Assembly: GCA_029258885.1 (NCBI GenBank) | Contig: JAPDJW010000001.1 | Coordinates: 215,466 to 279,465, forward strand | From: Thermoproteota archaeon | GTDB taxonomy: Archaea; Thermoproteota; Thermoprotei; Thermofilales; B9-G17 | Reading direction: 5' to 3' | Length of the DNA stretch: 64,000 bases | Part shown: piece by piece, positions 28,343-38,523 of the stretch | How the letters are laid out: the number at the start of each line of letters is the position of its first letter | Position numbering within the stretch: position 1 is the first letter of the stretch | The notes under the pieces: generated by a model | Told to the model about the DNA's origin: nothing | Seen by the model: only the letters and a program-made list of their open reading frames with translations | Database searches by the model: none | Position numbers and translations under genes: made by a program

Positions 28343-29800
28343 TTAGTAGTTAAAAACTACACGCCTTACGGTAGCGACAAAATCTTTAAGGCATAGTGTG
28401 ATAGCATATCGCCACGGAGTTTTCATTACACTACCGTATTCATTTATATACTTAATTCGAGAGGATGTGGGTGGATGGGGATTCCAAGAGAGCCATCTAA
28501 CCAGCTTATACGTGCTATTCTCTTCCTTTATAACGCGCATGAAGTCTATTTTATTTAATGCAGACGATAAACTTAGGGGGTCTCTGGTAGCTAGTATAGC
28601 TTCAAGATCAGCTCGAGCCTCTATAAACTTTGCAACGAAGAATAAGGTGGTTAGCGATGCTATTAAGTACGCCCAGTCCATCGGAGGCGCAAACGGCCTT
28701 AAGTATAGCAGGATGTATAGCCTTAGGAAGTATTCGATTAGGCTTAAAGCACATATTAACAGCAGGTCATGATGTTTAACATGGCTAGCCTCATGAGCTA
28801 TCACGGCCTCAATCTCCGGTTTCGATAATCTCGTTAAAAGCCCCGATGTAACTAGTAAAGTGGAGAAGTGATGAGCTACCCCGCTGCTAGCAGCATTAGG
28901 CCAAATTACATTTTTTAAAACTATTTTTGGTGTAGGTAATCCCATTTTTCCGAATACCTCGGAGACTATTCCGTAGAGATCTATCTCCTTAACTATGACG
29001 TCCTTTTGATCCATGATGATATTGAAGTCCCTGAGTACATGAACCACTTTTTCCTCTATACTATCTGAACTAAGGATTAATGCATTGTATATAGAGCGCT
29101 TAATTCTATACTTATGTTTAAGAAAGACTGTGCTGATAAGCTTATCATAAGTTTCAGGGGGAAACTTTAAACCTATAATCAATACCTTGCCATGTTTTCT
29201 TGTGATGGTCCAATCTCCCATGCATGCAACAATCTTATTCGATAGGATCACTAGCATTATATTTACTATGAAGATTGAGTATATTGCATTATAAAGTCCT
29301 ATAATCATAGATAAAATGTAAAAGACTATTATAGAGAATAGCCATATCGAAAACATGTTCCCAAAGAAAACCCTACTTAACGCTGCTCTAAGTGTCGAAT
29401 GCTCGCTTCTTGGTACTATATTTAGTCCGGGTACATAAACGTAGTATATAACGCCGACGCCTCCTGTAAGGCCGAAGAGATAGGTAGCTTCTCTTATCAT
29501 TCTGGAGATTATGGGAATAAAGTTTTTGTGTAATTTATCGTACACCGTTATCTCATAGAAGGGTTTTCTAGATGCTACAACAAGAATATCAATGCATACA
29601 TCGTAGCCTAACTTAAGACGGATTACTATGCATGGATAACCTTCATAAAATGTCTTATATGCATAGGATATTGAGTCCCCGTACTCTACCTCAAAAAGCT
29701 TTCTTATGAACTCTAAATATACATCATTTTTCTCAGGCTCAATCTCAATGCTAGTAATACGGTGTCTCTCCACGAGTATGCTTGTATCCACTACTAACAC
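28343..29800 (-). CDS. M48 (HtpX/Ste24-like) membrane metalloprotease with N-terminal extension
   Basis: AVIAHEASHVKHHD (HExxH), EARADLEA, HPPTSSRI. Confidence 0.88.
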   Translation of the reverse strand: MLVVDTSILVERHRITSIEIEPEKNDVYLEFIRKLFEVEYGDSISYAYKTFYEGYPCIVIRLKLGYDVCIDILVVASRKPFYEITVYDKLHKNFIPIISRMIREATYLFGLTGGVGVIYYVYVPGLNIVPRSEHSTLRAALSRVFFGNMFSIWLFSIIVFYILSMIIGLYNAIYSIFIVNIMLVILSNKIVACMGDWTITRKHGKVLIIGLKFPPETYDKLISTVFLKHKYRIKRSIYNALILSSDSIEEKVVHVLRDFNIIMDQKDVIVKEIDLYGIVSEVFGKMGLPTPKIVLKNVIWPNAASSGVAHHFSTLLVTSGLLTRLSKPEIEAVIAHEASHVKHHDLLLICALSLIEYFLRLYILLYLRPFAPPMDWAYLIASLTTLFFVAKFIEARADLEAILATRDPLSLSSALNKIDFMRVIKEENSTYKLVRWLSWNPHPPTSSRIKYINEYGSVMKTPWRYAITLCLKDFVATVRRVVFNY

Positions 29801-29863
29801 CAGTTTAATATGAAGCTAGAATAATAAAAATAGGTAAACTATTAAGGTTTTCTAAAAAGCAGG

Positions 29864-31861
29864 TTAATCGATATTTATGTCTTCCTCCTCTTCCTCGCCT
29901 TCCTCCTCCTCTTTCTCCTCTTCCTTACCGGATATGAGCTTTACAGCTAGGAGCAGTGCAGTAAGAGCAATCGTAAGGCCAGCAACTTCCTCCACCGTGA
30001 CTGCTACATTAACGTACGGGATCGTGAAGAGCACGTTAAGCTTCATGTTTATCTCCATATCTCCATTGAGCTCGAGGTTCTCCGTCTTTTCCACTCTCTT
30101 GTACTTCCCAACTACCTGGTAGGTTCCCTCGGGTATCTGTTCGAAGACCGCTATTCCATCCTTACCTGTCTCCTTTATATCAAGTACGTTGCCATTTTCG
30201 TCCACTATTGAGATCTCAGTTTCGCCTAGCGGCTGCCCTAGGAAGTTGGTAGCCTTTACCGTGAGGTAATATACTTTACACTTTGCTTCAATGAATCTCT
30301 CGGTTACAGTCTTGATTGTGGTTTCATAAACGTATTTACCCTTAAACTTTATCGCTAGCGTGTGTTCACATGGCTTATAGAGCTTGACCTCAGCATATCC
30401 TGAGGCATTAGTTTTCGTAACATATCCTCCTAGACTAGCCACTTCCACTATTGCATTGGCTAAAGCTTTGCCCCTCGAATCAACGGCCTTGATTATAAGT
30501 GGTTTCCACGATATGTCTATGGTATATGTTCCGTATTCAACGATATTTCCCGTCTTTATCTGAATATATGCCTCGCTCTCGAAGACGCTTATTGACCTTA
30601 AAGAGGAGCCCCACGGCAGTGTGCTTTCAAAGTATGTACCAAGACTGGCGCCGGATGGAGACTTAACGTCCCTTATTTCACCGTAGCTGGGTATCTGTAC
30701 CACCAGGTATGCGTATTTAACGTTGCCGATATCTCTCTCCGTTACTGCTATTTTAACTCCGTTCGGATACCACTCGCCCCTGGCCTTTATAGATATCGGT
30801 ATGTATATCATGCTTATAGGATAGCTCTTCTCGTTAACTACCTTAAACCATGGACTGAAGACAACGTATGCCTTTGCATTGAACACGAAGTTTATGGGAG
30901 GTATCAAGTAGGAGACGCCGCCAGCAGTTATAGTTTCATGTATTGAATACACGAAATCAGTCAGTCCAGCCTCAATGTACATACCGCCTTTCTCCTTGTT
31001 TACCTCCGGGGTCATACTGTAGAGCACAACAGCGTATCCCATCAACTGCCAATCGTTTCTACCCTGAACTGAAATAACCTTTGAGCCTCCAGCTGGAATA
31101 GTTTCATTGTAGAATTTCTCTTCAACTACTAGGAATGCTGAAGGTAGTCTGTATTCGTCGCCCTGATTCAGCACTATCCTGTACTCGCCCTCAGGTAGGC
31201 CGTGGCTGAATGAGAGCATTACATGCTTGGGATCCACGCCTACGGCCTCAGGATCTATATCTTCCTGAGTACTGCTGTTTGTTAGCGATACGCCTGAAGG
31301 GCCTATTACATCCTTAACCTGATACGGAGCGTAGTTGTCGATCGAAAACTTTACCGTTAAATTGGAGAGCTGGAATGGAGGCTCCGGTTCCTCTACAGAT
31401 ATTAATATTTCTGTGGTATCAAGTGGAACCCACTCTTCCTTAACGTAGGTGACGATTATCCTAGCGTTAAACTGCACCTCTGTAATGCCGTTGTTAGCCA
31501 GCTTTATTACATCCTTTCTAGATATAATTGCAGTAAGCCTTCCATTGGCTTCACGTTTTCTATCGAAAACTACTGGAACTATGTTTTCAGGGAATCCGTT
31601 TTCACAGCGTACCTCAAAATACTTCAGCATGTATCCTGTCGGCTCTGGAGGAGCCATAAGCTCCAAAATGTCTCCTGGCTTAAGGGAGAACGTTCTAACG
31701 ACATCACTCACTATAATATACTCTACCTTAGCCATGTAGAAGCCTGAATTCTCATCCGGCGTAGCTTTAACTGAAGTTGCATTAGATGTATATAGAGCAT
31801 TAACTAAAACCATTACTAGGGCTAGGGTCAAACATCCTAAAATCCTAAACTTACGCCTCAT
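29864..31861 (-). CDS. secreted beta-rich surface protein with C-terminal carboxypeptidase-regulatory-like (Ig) repeats, TM anchor and acidic tail
   Basis: Signal peptide; two V.D..G..L..A.V...TN..G.A-type repeats; TM then KEEEKEEEEGEEEEED. Confidence 0.75.
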   Translation of the reverse strand: MRRKFRILGCLTLALVMVLVNALYTSNATSVKATPDENSGFYMAKVEYIIVSDVVRTFSLKPGDILELMAPPEPTGYMLKYFEVRCENGFPENIVPVVFDRKREANGRLTAIISRKDVIKLANNGITEVQFNARIIVTYVKEEWVPLDTTEILISVEEPEPPFQLSNLTVKFSIDNYAPYQVKDVIGPSGVSLTNSSTQEDIDPEAVGVDPKHVMLSFSHGLPEGEYRIVLNQGDEYRLPSAFLVVEEKFYNETIPAGGSKVISVQGRNDWQLMGYAVVLYSMTPEVNKEKGGMYIEAGLTDFVYSIHETITAGGVSYLIPPINFVFNAKAYVVFSPWFKVVNEKSYPISMIYIPISIKARGEWYPNGVKIAVTERDIGNVKYAYLVVQIPSYGEIRDVKSPSGASLGTYFESTLPWGSSLRSISVFESEAYIQIKTGNIVEYGTYTIDISWKPLIIKAVDSRGKALANAIVEVASLGGYVTKTNASGYAEVKLYKPCEHTLAIKFKGKYVYETTIKTVTERFIEAKCKVYYLTVKATNFLGQPLGETEISIVDENGNVLDIKETGKDGIAVFEQIPEGTYQVVGKYKRVEKTENLELNGDMEINMKLNVLFTIPYVNVAVTVEEVAGLTIALTALLLAVKLISGKEEEKEEEEGEEEEEDINID

Positions 31862-31959
31862 ACCTCACCTTTAACATCACATGGAGAAAATATATTAAAC
31901 ACTGATACTTTCGGAGAATGAAACCATATTCAAATAATACCCGAATATTCAATCTACAT

Positions 31960-32487
31960 CTATTTCTTCTTACGCCACTTCAATAGGCCGTGTTTCTTAA
32001 ACAAACTGTAGAGTTTAGACCAGCTAACACGAATATTATAGTTTAATCTTATGTAGTCGACAATCTCCCTATAAGTATATCCCTGACGTCTCAGCTTAAT
32101 TATCTCACGTATAACAGTTTCAGAGTACCTAGTTCTATGTTTAACTAAATTATGACGCTCGAGTATTGTCCTTAACTTGGCCATAGTGAGCCTATACCCT
32201 TTACTCCTAAGTAATTCATCTAAAATTTCCCTATACGTTAACCCTTTCTTCCTAAGGCTTACAACAAGCTCCTGAACTTCATCTGGAACATTGAGGCGTC
32301 TAGGCTTATACTTTTTAACTAACCCGTGTCTCTTAAATATTCTAAATAATGTGCTTCTGGATATTGGATGCCCCATTTCCTTAAGCATATTTACTATATC
32401 ATTTACTGGTTTTCCTTCAAGTTTAGCTTTAATAGCCGCCCTTATCGCCTCCTCTCTACTGACGTATCTTAACTTCCTTCGTTTCAT
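31960..32487 (-). CDS. basic protein with three tandem HTH repeats
   Basis: Three ~55-aa repeats of G.TYREI...L....G..IS.S.L..I.K.HGL.K. Confidence 0.8.
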   Translation of the reverse strand: MKRRKLRYVSREEAIRAAIKAKLEGKPVNDIVNMLKEMGHPISRSTLFRIFKRHGLVKKYKPRRLNVPDEVQELVVSLRKKGLTYREILDELLRSKGYRLTMAKLRTILERHNLVKHRTRYSETVIREIIKLRRQGYTYREIVDYIRLNYNIRVSWSKLYSLFKKHGLLKWRKKK

Positions 32488-32494
32488 ACCTCAC

Positions 32495-33301
32495 CTAACC
32501 TAAGGAGAGTGACAGGAGTTTCAATACAATATTTCCGTAGAGCCTATATGTAATAAAGCCGAAGGCTATAAATACTATTAGAGGTATAGTTGGCGCCGCC
32601 CAAATATAATCATTTGGAGAATATTTGCCAATAAAGTAACTGTCCCCCTTAATCCTACAGCTTAAAATTAGCCGTCTCTTCTTGTTACTTCTTATTTCAG
32701 ATGGGAAGTAGAAAAAAGGATTGTTTAAGAGATCCCCAACCCTGATCCTACAGGACGTAATTAAAATAATTATCTTCAGAAGTGCATTCCCCTCATATTC
32801 CCTAAATATATCTCTATCTTTAGCATAGAGGAGGACGTTTCTTATAGCCAGTAGCAGAATAGTTAACATCGATAGAACGTAGCTGTTCACGATTATGGAT
32901 AGAGATGGAATAACGTAAGATGATGCAGTTAGTCTAGGTAGTTCAATTAGTCCCAGGGCTATGAAAGCCTTAGCATCAGCACCGCCGAAGAAGCCGGAAT
33001 ACCCCAATGTTAGAGAGAAAACCAGTGCTATAGACAATGATATCACGTAAAGTAGTGCCGTTAGATAGTGAAATTCCGCAATTAGCTGGTAAATGGTTAC
33101 AGGGAGCCCTATAAGGAGCATTAAAATCCATATAATATCGCTTATCTCCCGTGTCCTAAGATCCATGTATGATGCCGCCAGAAGCAGTATTGAGACTAAG
33201 ATATCTCTTACCATGAAGATATTGAACGTAGCAGCCATAGTAGCAATTATTATGGTATTATGGTATTTAAGCTTGTACAGATTTAAGTAGCAACGTATCA
33301 C
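32495..33301 (-). CDS. prepilin/preflagellin peptidase (A24, FlaK/PibD-like)
   Basis: ASYMDLRTREISD and GGADAKAF catalytic Asp motifs; C-terminal PTIPLIVFI. Confidence 0.88.
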   Translation of the reverse strand: MIRCYLNLYKLKYHNTIIIATMAATFNIFMVRDILVSILLLAASYMDLRTREISDIIWILMLLIGLPVTIYQLIAEFHYLTALLYVISLSIALVFSLTLGYSGFFGGADAKAFIALGLIELPRLTASSYVIPSLSIIVNSYVLSMLTILLLAIRNVLLYAKDRDIFREYEGNALLKIIILITSCRIRVGDLLNNPFFYFPSEIRSNKKRRLILSCRIKGDSYFIGKYSPNDYIWAAPTIPLIVFIAFGFITYRLYGNIVLKLLSLSLG

Positions 33302-33383
33302 ACATTTACGCGAGAAAAAATAAATGTATGATATTCAAAATGTAAGTTAAAGCGTACCCAGCCTGTAGATTGTCGGTGAAAAA

Positions 33384-34475
33384 ATGGATGTTGAAGAGAA
33401 GGTCGAACTTATATTAAGAGAGCCAACAGAGGAGGTAATTACGGTAGAGGAGCTGAGAAACCTATTCGAAACTAAAAGCCATCCAGTAGTTTATAATGGA
33501 TTTGAGCCGTCGGGCCCCGTCCACCTAGGCACGGGAGTAATATGTGCTTACAAGATGAAGGACTGTATAGAGGCGGGATGCAAGGTTAAGGTTTTCCTGG
33601 CAACCTACCACGCGTGGATAAACAATAAGTTGGGAGGGGACCTAGAGAAAATAAAGTTAGCTGCGGAGCACTTCAAGCACTCTTGGATAGCCCTCGGCGT
33701 GCCAGAGGATAAAGTTGAGTTCGTAATGGCAGACGAATTATACGATGACGTAGAGTACTGGAGGAAAGTCCTCCTAGTAGCTAAGGAGATAAGCATAGCT
33801 AGGGCTAGGAGAACTCTGGAAATAGCTGGGAGAAGCGAAATAGAGGCAAAGAAGGTCTCGGATCTCATATATACTCCCATGCAGGTCGCAGACATATTTC
33901 ACATGAACATAGATATATGTCAGCTTGGAATGGATCAGAGGAAAGCTAACGTTGTAGCGAGAGAGGTCGGGCCAAAGCTCGGTTTCTGGAAACCCGTATG
34001 CGTCCACCATCATCTACTACAAGGGCTGGCAGCACCGCCGAAGTGGCCCCTTAGTCGAGATGAATTGAAAGTTGCACTCTCATCTCTTAAGATGAGTAAA
34101 AGTAAGCCGGAAACAAGCATATACATTTATGACTCACCGGAGGATATTAGGAGGAAGATAAGGAAGGCTTTCTGCCCTCCTGGAGAGACTTCATTCAACC
34201 CAATCCTAGACATAATGAGGTACATAATATTTCGTGAATACGATGAGGTAATAATAAAGAGGCCTAGAGCGTTGGGTGGAGGCGAGGCAGTATACCATGG
34301 CTTCGATGAAGTGAAGAGGGATTATGAGAGAGGTAGAATACATCCACTGGATTTAAAGGAGAGCGTAACGAAATACCTTACAGAGATACTTAAGCCTGTA
34401 AGGGAGTACTTCGAGAAGAATACAAGCGCTAGACGTACGCTCGAATTCATAAAGAGCGTGAAGATAACAAGGTGA
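33384..34475 (+). CDS. tyrS: tyrosyl-tRNA synthetase
   Basis: YNGFEPSGPVHLG, YTPMQVADI, GMDQRK, KMSKS. Confidence 0.96.
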   Translation: MDVEEKVELILREPTEEVITVEELRNLFETKSHPVVYNGFEPSGPVHLGTGVICAYKMKDCIEAGCKVKVFLATYHAWINNKLGGDLEKIKLAAEHFKHSWIALGVPEDKVEFVMADELYDDVEYWRKVLLVAKEISIARARRTLEIAGRSEIEAKKVSDLIYTPMQVADIFHMNIDICQLGMDQRKANVVAREVGPKLGFWKPVCVHHHLLQGLAAPPKWPLSRDELKVALSSLKMSKSKPETSIYIYDSPEDIRRKIRKAFCPPGETSFNPILDIMRYIIFREYDEVIIKRPRALGGGEAVYHGFDEVKRDYERGRIHPLDLKESVTKYLTEILKPVREYFEKNTSARRTLEFIKSVKITR

Positions 34476-34479
34476 TTTC

Positions 34480-36231
34480 TTGAATAAGGAGAGAATAAGG
34501 GAGCTAGCATACAAGTACGCTCTATTAAACGCCTTTCTACATAATGGGAAGGCTGTAGCTAAGGCAGTATTAGGCAAAATTATAGCAGAGGATCCCGAGC
34601 TAAAGAGGCGAATTCCCGAGGTTATACAAGTAATTGAGGAGGTTGTTAAGGAAGTAAACAAGCTTAGCTTAAAAGAGCAGGAGAAAATATTGTCGGAGCG
34701 CTATCCTAAGCTCCTAGGGAAAAAGCCTTCCGTAGAGGAGAAAAAGCTACCGCCCTTGCCGAACGTGGATAAGTATAAGCAGGTTGTTACACGTTTTGCT
34801 CCCAACCCCGATTTCGTCCTCCATATAGGGAACGCCAGACCAGCAATATTAAGCTATGAGTATGCGAGAATGTATAAGGGTAAATTCATACTTAGATTTG
34901 AAGATACAGATCCCAAGACTAAAAGCCCTAAGCTTGAATACTACGACTTAATTAAGGATGACTTAAGGTGGCTTGGATTAAAGTGGGATGAGGAGTATAT
35001 ACAGTCGAAGAGAATGGAGATCTACTACGATTATGGACGGAAGCTACTGGAGCTCGGTAAGGCCTACATTTGCACTCATTCAAGTAGCGAAATAAGGGAG
35101 ATGAGGAAAAAGGGCGTTAGATGTGAATGCGCTTCCTTAAGCATAGAGGATAGACTTGAGATGTGGGATAAAATGCTCGAGGGAGCGTATGGCGAGGGAG
35201 AAGCAGTATACAGGGTGATTACCGACTCCAAGCATCCGGATCCATCCGTTAGGGATTGGATAGCATTTAGGATAATAGATACAGATAGTTATCCACATCC
35301 AATAGTAGGCTCTAAATATGTGGTATGGCCAACGTATAACTTCGCATGCGGCGTAGATGATCATTTAATGGGGGTTACCCACATACTTAGAGCGAAAGAG
35401 CACATGGCTAACACCGTAAAGCAGAAGTTCATCTACAAACACTTCGGATGGCGGTATCCTGAAGCTATACATTTTGGAAGACTAAAGCTAGAAGGCTTCG
35501 TATTAAGTAAGTCTAAAATAAGAGCTGGACTGGAAAGAGGGGAATACACTGGTGTGGATGACCCGAGGCTCGGCACACTGCAGGCGCTGAAGAGAAGGGG
35601 ATTTACCCCCGAGAGCATATGGAGCCTAATACTAGACGTCGGTATAAAGCCGTCATCTGCTGTAATTAGCTTCGAGAATTTAAGCGCGTTAAACCGTAAA
35701 ATCATAGAGCCTAAGGCAAACAGGTACATGTTCGTATATGATTATAAGGAGGCAAGGATAGTTGGCGTTGCAAAACCTCTGACAGCTCACGTTCCGTATC
35801 ATCCGTCATTCCCGGAGAGAGGCTATAGGGAATATAAGCTAACGCCCGAGAATGGCGCCATTTCTCTCTATATTTCGGGATCCGATTTCAATAGCTTGAA
35901 GGAAGGAGGTAACGTAAGGCTCCTCGGGCTAGCGAACTTCAGAATTCTAAAGAAAAGTACTGAATCCCTTACACTCGAAATTGTTGGACTTAGCCTAGAT
36001 GAGGCGAAGGAAGGCAAGTATCCAATAATACAATGGATTTCTCCAGCTTTCTCGGTGGACGTTGAGGTCTTAAGACCCTATCCATCTAAACTGGAGAAAA
36101 TCAGAGGATTGGGTGAACGCGAATTAGCTAGGGTAGAACCCGGGCTGGTAGTTCAATTCATAAGATTCGGATTTGTAAAGATAGAGGAGGTAAACGCCAA
36201 TAAGGTACTTGCAGTATACACTCATGATTAG
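34480..36231 (+). CDS. gltX: glutamyl-tRNA synthetase (archaeal)
   Basis: TRFAPNPDFVLHIGN, LRFEDTDP, WPTYNFAC..DDH, LSKS. Confidence 0.96.
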   Translation: MNKERIRELAYKYALLNAFLHNGKAVAKAVLGKIIAEDPELKRRIPEVIQVIEEVVKEVNKLSLKEQEKILSERYPKLLGKKPSVEEKKLPPLPNVDKYKQVVTRFAPNPDFVLHIGNARPAILSYEYARMYKGKFILRFEDTDPKTKSPKLEYYDLIKDDLRWLGLKWDEEYIQSKRMEIYYDYGRKLLELGKAYICTHSSSEIREMRKKGVRCECASLSIEDRLEMWDKMLEGAYGEGEAVYRVITDSKHPDPSVRDWIAFRIIDTDSYPHPIVGSKYVVWPTYNFACGVDDHLMGVTHILRAKEHMANTVKQKFIYKHFGWRYPEAIHFGRLKLEGFVLSKSKIRAGLERGEYTGVDDPRLGTLQALKRRGFTPESIWSLILDVGIKPSSAVISFENLSALNRKIIEPKANRYMFVYDYKEARIVGVAKPLTAHVPYHPSFPERGYREYKLTPENGAISLYISGSDFNSLKEGGNVRLLGLANFRILKKSTESLTLEIVGLSLDEAKEGKYPIIQWISPAFSVDVEVLRPYPSKLEKIRGLGERELARVEPGLVVQFIRFGFVKIEEVNANKVLAVYTHD

Positions 36232-36633
36232 CTATTTCTCCTCGCTTAAGTTAAACGGTTTACCGTTCTTGAGTATTTCCTCAGGAATCTTCTCCTTAAA
36301 CTTCCTCAGAAACTCTATGTCTTTATCCCTATCCCTAAGTTCATCTGGTAGGAGAACGGGGATTTCCTCCATTATAGGGTACCATCTCATGCATTTTTCA
36401 CATATCAGCACACCATATTCAACTTCAAACTTTATGCATTCGTTGCAGTCGGCTTCTCCCTCCTCCAAATCTTTGACGAACTTTTCCCTGTACTGACAAT
36501 AATACTCGCACACTGGTATCTTTCCGAACTCTATTTTACGCTCCGGATATTTGCGTCTGGTAAAGACTATTAGCTTTAGGGGAGAGTGTCTACAGTAGGG
36601 ACATGCAAGTATATCCAACAGCCTATATTTCAT
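36232..36633 (-). CDS. Trm112-family methyltransferase activator (long archaeal form)
   Basis: LLDILACPYC...GVLICEKCMRWYPIMEEIPVLLPDELR. Confidence 0.9.
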   Translation of the reverse strand: MKYRLLDILACPYCRHSPLKLIVFTRRKYPERKIEFGKIPVCEYYCQYREKFVKDLEEGEADCNECIKFEVEYGVLICEKCMRWYPIMEEIPVLLPDELRDRDKDIEFLRKFKEKIPEEILKNGKPFNLSEEK

Positions 36634-36742
36634 GCAACCACCTTTTCTCCTATGGATGCGATAAATATAAAACTATTCTCTTAAGATCGTTTCGCATTAT
36701 CGAGAATATTTATTAAATACCTGAGTAGTCTTCAGTATGGGG

Positions 36743-36791
36743 ATGATTAGGAACTCGGGTTCTGAAGGATGAGGAATAGATAGTATGATGA
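36743..36791 (+). ncRNA. probable C/D box guide sRNA (first of a tandem pair)
   Basis: C ATGATTA 36743-49, 12-nt guide, D' CTGA 36762-65, C' ATGAGGA 36769-75, 12-nt guide, D ATGA 36788-91. Confidence 0.55.
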
Positions 36792-36797
36792 CCTTTT

Positions 36798-36846
36798 GTG
36801 ATGAGGATGGGAAGAGCCGAGCAGTGAGGAAACTGTCTCACACTGA
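36798..36846 (+). ncRNA. C/D box guide sRNA; both guides complementary to 23S rRNA domain V
   Basis: C GTGATGA, guide GGATGGGAAGAG, D' CCGA, C' GTGAGGA, guide AACTGTCTCACA, D CTGA. Confidence 0.9.
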
Positions 36847-36855
36847 TATACTGTC

Positions 36856-37332
36856 ATGATCCCTATAGGAAGATTTAATAGAAAGATTGTAGATGTGTTC
36901 ATAGCAAAAGGTGTTTACATGAATCGTGCTCGTGGTGCCCGTGGAGTAGCGTTGTTTCGGGTAGATAAGGATGTAGATCTTACTCTCCTCGACCTTGAGC
37001 TTATCGGACTATACTTAATTCGTAGTCCCTTTAGAGGTAAACACTATAGGCTACTTAGGGCTCTTAAGGAGCTTGAGGATATAAAGCCTGAGTTAAAAGA
37101 TCTAACATACAATTTATCCCTAATGCAGTATAAGGCGGTTATTCTTGTCTGTAAATTCTACTATGATAGATTAAGTGAGGATATCATTAAGTACGTAGCC
37201 TTTGTCTCTCAAAATCCTGGCATACTAACAAGGGTTTCTAAGGAGCTAGTTAAGATAGGATGGAAAAGGGAGTTTATTCTTGATATAATTCCTGTCAAAC
37301 GTAGGAAACTTACCGGAAGATTTAGATATTAG
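36856..37332 (+). CDS. hypothetical protein
   Basis: 158-aa basic ORF co-oriented with the downstream operon. Confidence 0.7.
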   Translation: MIPIGRFNRKIVDVFIAKGVYMNRARGARGVALFRVDKDVDLTLLDLELIGLYLIRSPFRGKHYRLLRALKELEDIKPELKDLTYNLSLMQYKAVILVCKFYYDRLSEDIIKYVAFVSQNPGILTRVSKELVKIGWKREFILDIIPVKRRKLTGRFRY

Positions 37333-37374
37333 TTTACATAATTGTATTTGAACTAATTTTCTTCTGGTGATACT

Positions 37375-38523
37375 ATGGGGCTACTTGACAAGATAGAGCC
37401 CAAAACCGAGGGACAAAGGAAGCTCGTCACAGCCCTAAAGAACCCTAACATCGAGATAGTTGGCGTCTTTGGTCCCACGGGAACGGGTAAAAGCCTCCTT
37501 TCAACAGCCTACGGCATCGATTCGGTAATGGACGGCACGTACGATAGATTCATCATCTTCAGGCCCGTAATCGACGTAACTAAAGGAGTTGAGCTTACAC
37601 CGATAGAGCTTGGAGACCTCTACTACAGGGTTGCAGCAGAATACTTAAACGATCTACTTCATGGATACATAAGTGGCAGCGAGTTAGGGAAGCTATTAGA
37701 ATCCAAGAGAATTCTAATAGCGGATCCCCACTTCCTGAGAGGAAGAACATTCGACAATACGGTTATCCTATTTGATGACGTCCAAAATGCCTCTCCGGAG
37801 AACGTCTGCGAAACGATAATGAGGGTGGGATATAACTCAAAGCTAATAATTGCCGGCGACCCCATATTCCAAAGCGTATCCAATCAAGAGGTGAACGTTG
37901 GCTCGCTAATAAGGGAAATACTTTTGGGTGAAGATAAAACAGTTGTGGTAGACCTAGGATTAAAGGATATTGTTAGGCCTGGAGCCAAACGTGGATTAAG
38001 GCTGGCTCTAGAGCTTAGGATGAGGAAGCGGAGCCTAAGCGATATTGAATCAAAAATATTGAATTCCGCCAGGGTACATTCGCCAGATGCAGACGTAATA
38101 ACTGTTGTTGAGTTTAAGGATAAGAAGGAGGAGCTGAATATAACCAGTGAAAATGCCCCGGATGCATTGATAATCTCTAAGGAAGGCTATCTAGGTAGGC
38201 TTGTCGGAAGGGGCGGAGAGAGGATACAGGCGATAGAGAAGGACTTGGGAATGAAGATTAGGTGCGTAGAGCTAACATCCAGCCTAAAGGACATCGTAAC
38301 GGCCGTCCATCCGGTTGGATGGATAGGAAAGCATATAGTCGACGTAGACTTTGCCGGTCCCTCGCTACAAGTATCCGTTATATCCGATGCACTAGGGGCC
38401 TTTATCGGACAAAAGGGTATGTACATAAGGTTGCTCGATCATGTCTTTAATAAACTGATGGGTATAGGGGTTATCGTAAGTACAGTTGAAGCTAAGCGTA
38501 AAGCTAGGAGAAGGAAAAGATAA
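37375..38523 (+). CDS. PhoH-family ATPase with C-terminal KH domains
   Basis: GPTGTGKS, FLRGRTF, DDVQN, IAGDP; GRLVGRGG and GAFIGQKG KH loops. Confidence 0.88.
   Translation: MGLLDKIEPKTEGQRKLVTALKNPNIEIVGVFGPTGTGKSLLSTAYGIDSVMDGTYDRFIIFRPVIDVTKGVELTPIELGDLYYRVAAEYLNDLLHGYISGSELGKLLESKRILIADPHFLRGRTFDNTVILFDDVQNASPENVCETIMRVGYNSKLIIAGDPIFQSVSNQEVNVGSLIREILLGEDKTVVVDLGLKDIVRPGAKRGLRLALELRMRKRSLSDIESKILNSARVHSPDADVITVVEFKDKKEELNITSENAPDALIISKEGYLGRLVGRGGERIQAIEKDLGMKIRCVELTSSLKDIVTAVHPVGWIGKHIVDVDFAGPSLQVSVISDALGAFIGQKGMYIRLLDHVFNKLMGIGVIVSTVEAKRKARRRKR

Noticed and set aside
29877-29930. CTC/TTC low-complexity tract
   Set aside because: Simply encodes the poly-Glu tail of the 665-aa surface protein
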